NCBI GenBank assembly: GCA_039208735.1
Contig: JBCCQY010000132.1
Span: 1-25,968 of the forward strand
From: Myxococcota bacterium
GTDB taxonomy: Bacteria > Myxococcota_A > UBA796 > GCA-2862545
Direction of reading: 5' to 3'
DNA: 25,968 nt
In this document: one piece after another, positions 8,431 through 16,639 of the stretch
Position numbering within the stretch: position 1 is the first letter of the stretch
How the letters are laid out: each line of letters starts with the position of its first letter
Notes under the pieces: generated by a model
Database searches by the model: none
What the model was told of the DNA's origin: nothing
What the model saw: only the letters and a program-made list of their open reading frames with translations
Translations under genes and position numbers: made by a program

Positions 8431-10554
8431 TCAAAGGTAGTCGGCCAGGATGACTTCAGGTTCAAACGGCGTGATTCCCTGATGAACGCTAAAGATAACG
8501 TCCGCCTCCTCCGGTGAATCCACCCGCATGCCGCGCGCTTCGATGTGCAGAGCGAACAGATCGTACAACGTGAGCTTGACGAGCGTGGTCATGGCCCGAC
8601 CGATTTGCGTCATTCCCCGATCGTTGCCTTCGACCGAGATGCTCCACCGCGGATTGGAGGACAGCCCCACGTCGGTCCAGTACGCCCGGCGTTCGACCAA
8701 GTCGAGGATGACCGGCACATTGATTCGCTGGTCGCTGGCGAGGTCAATGCGATCCACCACCGTGGCCGGCTCGAAGATCTCCCCTGAATTGGGCTCGGTC
8801 CGCATCATCCAGCCCGCGAAGCACTCGGGCAAGTCCTTCAAGCGGTGACCCGAATACGCGAACACCGACATCACAACGTAGCGCCCGCCAAATCGGACCA
8901 CCGACGCGATGTCGATATCGATGAACTCGCACGCGCCGGATGGGGCGGAGGTGACATCACCCGAATGCGCAGCTCGATACTTGCTAGACCGCAGGTTCGT
9001 ATAGGAGATGTGCTCCTTGTAGCCCCAGTCTTCGTCGTACAGCACGCTGGACAGATCGATGTCGACCGGGCCGGTCGGCTGACCATCGACCTCCCCCTCT
9101 CGCCACCAGAGAAAGAAGCGAACCGTGTCGCCCTCGGGCAGCGGAAGGCTAGAGCCACGCACCAAGGTTCGCAGCGCCTTGCTCGCCGACCGCTGGCTGA
9201 AGGGAACGAGATGGGTTCGAAGCGCCTCGTCAAGGTAGCACCGGCCGAGTGGCCCAAAGCCCGCAAAGCGCGACCGCAATGTTCGACGGACCACGGCTTG
9301 AACCGCCTCCGTCACGGACTCGGGCAGGGCCGGCAAGGTGTCCGGGATGGTCACCACAAGGCCAACCTGTCCCTTGGGGAAAAAGGAACGTCGCTCTCTT
9401 CTGGCTGATCGATGCTGAAAATGGGCGTCTAACTGTAGTAAAACCGGCGAAGACACGTCCTTAGCGACGAGCCCAAACGCATCCAAGACCGTAGTGGGCT
9501 CCGCAGCCCGGCGAAGCAACTGGTCGAGCCGCCGCGCAAACTCCCCGGGGCGCGCCATGAGTCGCGACACAGCGGCTTGCACATCGTCAGCCTCGAGTTC
9601 GAGTTCAACGTGAGCGGCAAACGTCTCAGGCTTGTCTCCGTTCCGCAAGCGCCGAAAGGCCTCGGCCGTCTTCGGAAATGCCCGCGCATACTCCCCGGGA
9701 TGGAGCCGCTCGCCAAGGCGAATCCAGGGGCCTCGATGACGAAACAGATCTTCGAGCGGTTGTCGAAGGCCTTCGATCAACCCGAGCAGCTGCCTGCGCA
9801 TCGGCCGACGGAACCGCCCGAAGCGGGTCGGGCTCGCGAGCGAAACGTCGCCGTCTGACAACGCAACCGCCACGCGCAACACGTCGGTCGCGGTACCCAG
9901 CTGGCGGGCGACCCAGCCTTGCATCGCCGGCACCTCTTGCAGCACCACCCCAGCGACGACGGCGAGGTTTTCCTTGTTGGGCAGCGCACCGGGAAGGACC
10001 TGCTCCAGGTTGCCCGCGTGCGCCGAAACGAACCAGCGCACATCTTCTTTGTCGGTCTCCGACAACGAACCATTGGCCGCCATGAGCTTCCGACCAACCT
10101 CTCTAAGCTCTTCGCGGGAGCCCAACTCGATCACGCGAAGGTTGCGTGTCGCCAACTCGTTGGGGAGAGGCGGTCGTTCCGGGTCCGGCAGATCGGGAAG
10201 CCAGCGCAGCCCGCGTTCGTTCGCAAGGTAGTGGCGCAGGGCATTGAGGTACAACGTGGCGTCGGAAGCCTCCATGACTTGCGCCGGGAAGCCTGGATAC
10301 ATCGGCGTCCAGTTGACGTGCGCCCCCACGAGTTCCCGCAGGACCGGAAGGACGTTGGCGAGGAGGGCGCCGATCGCTTCCGGCTCGAGGGTCCCCAGTC
10401 GTTCGATCAGGGTTGGCGATGCGGTGAACCCAAGCCCCTCAAGGTTCTTCAGAAACGTCGCCACATAGGGTGCATCGAGGGTGCGCTGGCCCGGGTCCAA
10501 GATGAGTCTGAGCCGACGACGCAGGAACCGGGCATTCGCTTGCTTGAGATCCAT
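8431..10554 (-). CDS. TerD-domain protein with a large N-terminal helical (TROVE/Ro60-like) region
   Basis: C-terminal TerD motifs VDIDLS..LYD, HSGDVTSAP, GACEFIDID, YVVMSV..YSG. The N-terminal ~450 aa is helical and contains 'TATDVLR', 'W.RLGERLHPGEY' and 'RPGEFARRLD.LLR'. The TROVE similarity is inferred. Confidence 0.85.
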   Translation of the reverse strand: MDLKQANARFLRRRLRLILDPGQRTLDAPYVATFLKNLEGLGFTASPTLIERLGTLEPEAIGALLANVLPVLRELVGAHVNWTPMYPGFPAQVMEASDATLYLNALRHYLANERGLRWLPDLPDPERPPLPNELATRNLRVIELGSREELREVGRKLMAANGSLSETDKEDVRWFVSAHAGNLEQVLPGALPNKENLAVVAGVVLQEVPAMQGWVARQLGTATDVLRVAVALSDGDVSLASPTRFGRFRRPMRRQLLGLIEGLRQPLEDLFRHRGPWIRLGERLHPGEYARAFPKTAEAFRRLRNGDKPETFAAHVELELEADDVQAAVSRLMARPGEFARRLDQLLRRAAEPTTVLDAFGLVAKDVSSPVLLQLDAHFQHRSARRERRSFFPKGQVGLVVTIPDTLPALPESVTEAVQAVVRRTLRSRFAGFGPLGRCYLDEALRTHLVPFSQRSASKALRTLVRGSSLPLPEGDTVRFFLWWREGEVDGQPTGPVDIDLSSVLYDEDWGYKEHISYTNLRSSKYRAAHSGDVTSAPSGACEFIDIDIASVVRFGGRYVVMSVFAYSGHRLKDLPECFAGWMMRTEPNSGEIFEPATVVDRIDLASDQRINVPVILDLVERRAYWTDVGLSSNPRWSISVEGNDRGMTQIGRAMTTLVKLTLYDLFALHIEARGMRVDSPEEADVIFSVHQGITPFEPEVILADYL

Positions 10555-10574
10555 GAAGGGCTCTATCGCCTTTC

Positions 10575-11680
10575 TTAAAACTGCCGAAACAGCGCATCAC
10601 CTAAGCTCGGCGCGAATGCGGCCAAAAGGAGGGTGCCCACAAGCATCGCCGCCAAGCCAAAAAGCAGGGCGACCCCCACCCACACAAGGCCAAGAGGTCG
10701 CGGAGCAGCTGTCGCCCGAACGGCTCGGGGACCAAAATCCAATTGAGCCATTCGAGGGCCCCCTCCGAAGAGGCCACCTCGGTGGGGGCGCGAGGACCCG
10801 GCAGGCCCCACGCGAGCCTGGTCACGACCGGGGCAAGGAGATGCGGCGTCCAATCCGAATCAAACCGAATGAAGCGGGCTGCTCCAATGTCAGTGGGCAA
10901 GGCCACCGGGAAACGGTCCTGGCAGGCCGCCCGAAAGGCGTCCCAAGCCCGTTCCGTGGCCCGGGGCGGGCTGACTTGAGCCATCATCGCGTCGGCCAGG
11001 TTTCGATGGTTCGCTTGTCCAACGAAAATCACGAACCGTTCCGGATCGACGTTGGCGATCACCGCTTCGACCTCCCACAACAGGCCAGGCGAGGTTCCCG
11101 TATGCAAGACGACGAGCATCGCGCGCCGCATCTCCTCGACGACTTCCCTCTGCCAATCGTCGCCCGTCGCTTCGATCTGCCCCGGCGTCACGTACCAGCG
11201 CGCCGCTCCCGAATGAGGCAGGTGCTCACTTGGATTACCGATCGCAATCACCTTGGCGATGTGTCGATAGGCGTAGGCGAGCAACTCCTCGAAACGGGCC
11301 ATGCGATTCACAAAGAGCCAGGCCAAGGTACGAGTTCGAGGGTTGAGCAGGAAGAACGGCCCGCCCTGGATGCCGGATTCGGCTGCATCATTGAAGGCAT
11401 CGTCGGAAGTGAAGGGGCGCAGATACAACACGGTGGCCCCAAGGGACCCCGATCGATCGAAGACCTCCCCTCGAAGGCGCTTCGCGTACTCTTGCAGGAG
11501 CAATCCCCCACCGAGCACGACAATGCCACCCACCACAAACCCCAGAAGGGACGGTACGGAAAGGCCTTCGATGCGGAGGCTGATCACGACCGTGGCCGTG
11601 CCCACGATGCACAGCCCCAGGGCAATCCCTTGCAAGAGACGACCGATGGTCCGTCTGTTGCCTGATTGGTTCGATGTCAT
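10575..11680 (-). CDS. Membrane protein with a TIR/nucleoside-deoxyribosyltransferase-like Rossmannoid domain; apparent frameshift near 10695
   Basis: Two N-terminal TM helices, then 'VLYLRPF.SD', 'VIAIGNP.E.LP..GAARWY', 'DDWQ..V' and 'GTSPGLLWEV'. A clean C-terminal TM helix (LGLVWVGVALLFGLAAMLVGTLLLAAF) lies in the adjacent frame ending at 10575. As given, the ORF ends at 10601. Confidence 0.7.
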
Positions 11681-11701
11681 GCGCCCCGGCTTATCGTATC
11701 G

Positions 11702-12607
11702 CTACGATTCGGCGCGTTCGCGGCGTTGGGCGATCTCGACGGCAAAGCCATCGACAACCTGGAGCAATGCACGAACCTTGGGTGAACGGCGCCGACTCGG
11801 CGCGAACATCGCCACCAGCGTGAGCGGGCGACCGACCTGTTGGGGCAACACCTGCCGAACCCTGCCCCGTAGAAGGTCGAAAACCACCATGTAGTGGGGC
11901 AGCACACCAATTCCCAAGCCCGCGAGCACCACACGCCGCAACGTTTCACGGTCGTTCACTCGCAAGACCGACGTGACCGGATGGCGCCCCCCACCGTGCA
12001 GCGGCCAAGTGCTAAAGGCCTGCGAGGTCAAGTGAGCCGCGATGCGGTGTTCGCCCAATTCAGCGAGCGTCTTGGGGGCTCCGTGAGTCTCGAGATAGGC
12101 GGCCGACGCTACAGCGATGCGATCCGCTGGACCAATGCGGTGACAAATCCACGGACTGTCTTCCAAGACGTCATCGCACAACGCAACATCAAAGCCATCC
12201 ACGAGTCGCTTCTCGGGATGTGACGTGGCGAAAATATCGAGTCGCACCTCTGGAAACCGCTCGTGAAAGGTGACCAAAAATTCAGCCAAAAACTCCTGCC
12301 CCATTCCCGCCGGAACACTGACCCGCAGCGTTCCCCGAGGGGTGCCCGACAACTCCCGGACGTCGTCCACAATGTCATCGAGCGCACTGACCAATGGGGT
12401 GCTGCGTTCAAGGAGCAGCTCGCCGGCATCGGTCAGGCGGAGATGACGCGTGGACCGCTCAAACAACGCATCGCCCAGATGCTCCTCGAGTCGGTTCAGC
12501 CTCCGACTCACCGTCGATCGGGGCACCCCGAGGGTGCGCGCGGCGCCGGTGAGGCTGCCATGCTTGGCAACCAGAAGAAAGCAGCGAATTTCGGGGGCTA
12601 GATCCAT
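11702..12607 (-). CDS. LysR-family transcriptional regulator (CrgA/DmlR-like)
   Basis: HTH 'FLLVAKHGSLTGAARTLGVPRSTVSRRLNRLEEHLG..LFERSTR.LRLT.AG', followed by 'PRGTLRVS' and 'AGLGIGVLP'. Confidence 0.95.
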   Translation of the reverse strand: MDLAPEIRCFLLVAKHGSLTGAARTLGVPRSTVSRRLNRLEEHLGDALFERSTRHLRLTDAGELLLERSTPLVSALDDIVDDVRELSGTPRGTLRVSVPAGMGQEFLAEFLVTFHERFPEVRLDIFATSHPEKRLVDGFDVALCDDVLEDSPWICHRIGPADRIAVASAAYLETHGAPKTLAELGEHRIAAHLTSQAFSTWPLHGGGRHPVTSVLRVNDRETLRRVVLAGLGIGVLPHYMVVFDLLRGRVRQVLPQQVGRPLTLVAMFAPSRRRSPKVRALLQVVDGFAVEIAQRRERAES

Positions 12608-12707
12608 CCCTTCCACACTTGGAGCATCGAAGCAACACAGCGTAGCCGATTTGGTCGGTGTCAGCTCCGAATGGGATGGCAATGAAGGAAGGACGCTGGA
12701 GCTAGCC

Positions 12708-13583
12708 ATGTTGAGTTCCCCTCCCGCCCCTTCGTTCTTCACGCCTCCTCCGCCCCTATCCGAACGCGAGCCTTTACTCGGGGACTACCTCGGCTTTCTA
12801 AACATGCGAAACGGCCCCATCGAAGGAAATGGCGCATTTGCCATCCGCGAGACCCGAATGGCCGACTTGGCGGTGGAAGACCCCAATGCCTCACTCCACG
12901 TCGACGACGCCACCTTCAATCGAAACTACGAGCGTTTCGATGGCACGGGTTTGGACGAAAACACGCTGGCCTTGCTGGCCTTTGTCAAGGTCAATGCCGG
13001 AGAGGCCTACGGCGTGGAGATGACGCGAAAAGCAAGGGAGCACCTTCACCGAGGAGATGGTGCCTACGCGCAGGTCGAACGCGCGGTGCTGCGGGAGGAG
13101 GATTACCACACACGGTTGTTGCTTGGGGTCGTCGATCACTTCGCCAACATCGATGTGACCGGGGCCTGGTCGCCCCACTGGTCGTTGAAGCTGCTCATCG
13201 GGGGCTTGACCTCGGTGCCCGGGGGGCTTTTCCATCCGCTGCTGTTGGGCTCGGAACTCTCGGGGGTGTTCCAATTCAACTGGATGCTGCAGCGCGTGGG
13301 GACGTTGTTCCCCGATGACCCGCAGGTTCGAGAGTCGATGGAAGAGCGCCTCATCGAAATCCTCATCGATGAAGTGGGCCACGTCGCATTCAATCGCATC
13401 GTTACGCATCCGGCCGGGGTTCGCGTCGCAAGAACCATCGCGGGCGTGGTGTTGTCTGGCGCGCCTCAAATGACGCCAGAACTGGAGGCCCTCGGGCTCG
13501 ATACCCAGGCACGACGCGCACTGTCTGGCTTCGACTACACCGATCTGCCCGAGGAGGTCCGCCGGCGAGCTTTTTTTGTTTAG
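12708..13583 (+). CDS. Ferritin-like di-iron carboxylate protein
   Basis: Ligand pattern E (AGEAYG), ExxH (EEDYH), E (GSELSG), DExxH (DEVGH). ATG follows GGAG. Divergent from LysR across 100 bp. Confidence 0.75.
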   Translation: MLSSPPAPSFFTPPPPLSEREPLLGDYLGFLNMRNGPIEGNGAFAIRETRMADLAVEDPNASLHVDDATFNRNYERFDGTGLDENTLALLAFVKVNAGEAYGVEMTRKAREHLHRGDGAYAQVERAVLREEDYHTRLLLGVVDHFANIDVTGAWSPHWSLKLLIGGLTSVPGGLFHPLLLGSELSGVFQFNWMLQRVGTLFPDDPQVRESMEERLIEILIDEVGHVAFNRIVTHPAGVRVARTIAGVVLSGAPQMTPELEALGLDTQARRALSGFDYTDLPEEVRRRAFFV

Positions 13584-13590
13584 GCAAAGG

Positions 13591-13615
13591 TGACCGAACC
13601 TCACGGGTTCGGCTC
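13591..13615. terminator. Intergenic hairpin, possible terminator
   Basis: CCGAACC-TCACG-GGTTCGG just after the 13583 stop. No U-tract. Confidence 0.35.
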
Positions 13616-13661
13616 ATGCCGAACGACTAAAGGAGCCGCGCGCTGCGATGGAGGTGCGTTC

Positions 13662-16421
13662 GTGCTCGCTTTGTTCTTGCCTTTGGTTGCCTCATCGGCA
13701 TTGGGGGGTTCCGATCCCTGGAAACGCTCCATCGATAAAGTCACGAACGCCGTCGTCGCGATCGAGATGGATCGACCTCGTGCCTTCGATGGTCGAGGGA
13801 GCAGCACTAGCCAGGCGACCGGGTTCGTCATCGACAGCAAGAAAGGGTTGATCCTCACGAATCGGCACGTGGTCTCCCCTGGTCCAAGCACGGCGCGAGC
13901 CCGCTTCCTCAACAAGGAGGAGGTCGATCTGACCCCGGTCTATCGAGACCCGGTGCACGACTTTGGACTGTACCGCTACGACCCGGCTCAACTGCGGCAC
14001 TTCAAGCCCACGGAACTCACGCTGGCTCCCGAACGAGTTCGGGTAGGCCTCGAGATTCGGGTGGTCGGCAACGACTCTGGCGATCAACTACAGATTCTCG
14101 ACGGTACGCTGGCCAGAATCGACCGCAACGCCCCCAACTATGGGCCGGCCTATAACGACTTCAACACGTTCTACATCCAGGCGGGGTCGTCCACTTCAGG
14201 GGGGTCTTCAGGATCGCCGGTGGTCGACATCGATGGTCGGGTTGTGGCGTTGAACGCCGGGAGCCGACGCGACACCGCGAGTGCCTACTACCTGCCTCTT
14301 CCACGGGTGGTTCGGGCCGTCGAACGGCTGAATCGAAATCAGCCCATCACCCGCGGGACCCTACAGGTTCGCTTCCTCCATCGCACCTACGATGAACTAA
14401 GAGACTTGGGCCTGACCGAGGCTTCCGAGACTGCGGCCCGCAAGCGCGATCCTCGCGGGACCGGCCTTCTCGTGGCGGTGGATGTCCTGCCCCTCGGGCC
14501 GGCAGATGAGCGGCTCGAACCTGGAGATATCTTACTCGAGGCTATGGGTAAGCCCCTGTCGACCTTCGTGCCTCTGGAAGCCATCCTCGACGCCCAAGTA
14601 GGTAAGCGCATTCCGCTCGTCGTGGAGCGCCGCGGCAAGCGTCTCGAACTCGACATCACGGTGGGCGACCTGCATGCCATCACGCCCGACCGCTTCCTCG
14701 AGGTGGGTGGATCCGTTCTGCACGCGCTTTCCTACCATCAGGCGCGTGCCATGCAGGCACCGGTGGCGGGCATTTCGGTAGCGGGAACGGGCTACATGTT
14801 CGACGACGCAGGCATTCCCCGTCACGCGGTCCTCATCGAACTCGACGGCAAGCCGCTGACCTCGCTGGACGACCTCGATGCACAGCTTGCCGCAAAGCGA
14901 CATGGGGATGCGTTCCGGTTTCGGTATTACGTGCGAGGCCGCCCTCAAGCCACTTGGATTCGGTCCGGGCGCATGAATCGCCGCTGGTTTACCCAGCGCC
15001 TGTGCGCCCGTAACGACACTGGGGGTACCTGGGACTGCGCCGAGTCGGAAGTACCCGAGGCAGAAGCTTCCGTTACCGCCATCGACACGAAGCTTCCTCC
15101 AGTGGAGGACAAGCTGGCCCGAAAGGTTCGGCCTTCGCTCGTTCAGGTTCGCACCCGACTGCCCTACCAAGTGGGCGGCGTGCCAAACGCGTCCTACGGG
15201 GGCCTCGCGGTGCTCGTGGGACCGGGCCTTGCCGTGACCGATCGCGACACCGTGCCGATTGGTCTTGCGGACGTGACGATCGAAGTGGCCAACACGGCTC
15301 GGTTGCCGGCCGAGGTTGTTGCGATCCATCCCATCCACAATCTTGCGGTGCTCGCCTTCGACCCCTCGCTCGTGCCGTCTGCCGAACTCAAACCCATCGC
15401 GTTGCGCTCGACGCCGTTTGAGCCTGGTGATCGCGTCTTCGGCATGACGCTCGATGACACACGCATCGTCTCGGAAGAAGCCTCGGTGCGCCTCGAAAAG
15501 CCGCTATGGATCAATGAAGCCGGCGCCCCGCGTTTCCGTCAGACGGGTCTCGATGTGCTCGAGCTGTCGGCCGACATGTCGACGCCCGGGGTGGTGGTCG
15601 ACAAAAAGGGCCGACTCGGCGCGTTGTGGGCTTCGTTTTCGTACACCGACGGCCGCAATACCCGAGCCACCTGGCAAGCCCTGCCCGTGCATGCCGTACA
15701 AGAGGCTGTCGAGCTCGCAACGGGACGAACCACCGAACGCAACCTGCCTTGGGAGATCTGGCCGTGGTCGCTTGCGGAAGCCGTCGAACGGGGCTTGCCC
15801 AATGCTCAAGCCCAGCGACTGGCCGATGCCGATCCCGAGCGCCGAACCACCATGCAGGTGCGGCGTGTGATGAGCGGCTCAGCCCTCGCGAAGCAGGTTC
15901 GACCGGGCGACATCGTGGTGGCCATCGATGGAACCCTGGTGACCCGGTTCCGGCAAGTGGATGACGCGCTCCGCGGCAAGGATGCGGTGACCCTCGACCT
16001 GATGCGGGGCAGTGAGGCCCTTCAGGTCACCGTCGAAACCCAGGTTCCAGCTTCGCTCGATATCGATCGGGTGCTGCTCTGGTCCGGCTTGCGGATTCAC
16101 CAACCGCACCGCGCAGCTCGAATGCGAGGCGTCGAAACCGATTGTCCCTACGCCTCTTGGTATTCGAGCGGCAGTCCTGCCGTCCGGGGAGGGCTCTACG
16201 CTCGACACTGCATCGCCGCCGTCGACGGAAAGCCCACTCCCAACGTCGATGCGCTGGTCGAGGTGGTGAAGTCGATTCCCGACGGGCAGCCGGTTCGCGT
16301 CGACTTGCGGAGCATCGATGCGGAACGTCGCGTCCGTACGCTCACCATGGATCGATCGTATTGGCCGACGGTCGAGCTGCGCCGCACCGACGACGGTTGG
16401 CGACGAATCCCGCTCGACTGA
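13662..16421 (+). CDS. Nma111/DEG7-like HtrA serine protease (protease-PDZ-PDZ duplicated) with signal peptide
   Basis: Catalytic triad in TNRHVV, RDPVHDF and GGSSGSPV. PDZ motifs 'LEPGDILL' and 'VRPGDIVVAIDG'. The second protease domain is degenerate (VTDRDTV, HPIHNL). GTG at 13662 follows GGAGG and gives a hydrophobic signal. Confidence 0.9.
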   Translation: MLALFLPLVASSALGGSDPWKRSIDKVTNAVVAIEMDRPRAFDGRGSSTSQATGFVIDSKKGLILTNRHVVSPGPSTARARFLNKEEVDLTPVYRDPVHDFGLYRYDPAQLRHFKPTELTLAPERVRVGLEIRVVGNDSGDQLQILDGTLARIDRNAPNYGPAYNDFNTFYIQAGSSTSGGSSGSPVVDIDGRVVALNAGSRRDTASAYYLPLPRVVRAVERLNRNQPITRGTLQVRFLHRTYDELRDLGLTEASETAARKRDPRGTGLLVAVDVLPLGPADERLEPGDILLEAMGKPLSTFVPLEAILDAQVGKRIPLVVERRGKRLELDITVGDLHAITPDRFLEVGGSVLHALSYHQARAMQAPVAGISVAGTGYMFDDAGIPRHAVLIELDGKPLTSLDDLDAQLAAKRHGDAFRFRYYVRGRPQATWIRSGRMNRRWFTQRLCARNDTGGTWDCAESEVPEAEASVTAIDTKLPPVEDKLARKVRPSLVQVRTRLPYQVGGVPNASYGGLAVLVGPGLAVTDRDTVPIGLADVTIEVANTARLPAEVVAIHPIHNLAVLAFDPSLVPSAELKPIALRSTPFEPGDRVFGMTLDDTRIVSEEASVRLEKPLWINEAGAPRFRQTGLDVLELSADMSTPGVVVDKKGRLGALWASFSYTDGRNTRATWQALPVHAVQEAVELATGRTTERNLPWEIWPWSLAEAVERGLPNAQAQRLADADPERRTTMQVRRVMSGSALAKQVRPGDIVVAIDGTLVTRFRQVDDALRGKDAVTLDLMRGSEALQVTVETQVPASLDIDRVLLWSGLRIHQPHRAARMRGVETDCPYASWYSSGSPAVRGGLYARHCIAAVDGKPTPNVDALVEVVKSIPDGQPVRVDLRSIDAERRVRTLTMDRSYWPTVELRRTDDGWRRIPLD

Positions 16422-16639
16422 CCCCGCATAGGGACCACTGCGATCGCGTCACCGGGGGCGGACATGGCGACATTTCCGTCACCGTTCCGATCCATGGATG
16501 TGGAAGCTTCGATGTCCTTCGTCCGCGGCCGGCCGGCATGTCGCACGTGCGTGTCATCATCGCCACATCGCTCCCGGCGCATTGGTAGCGTCCTCAACCG
16601 GGATCGCGGCATGCGCGTTCCCCGGCATATGGAGCCTTC

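Noticed and set aside
12608..12707. LysR T-N11-A box (TGGAGC...GCAACA)
   Set aside because: A site is expected here, but the dyad is too degenerate to place.
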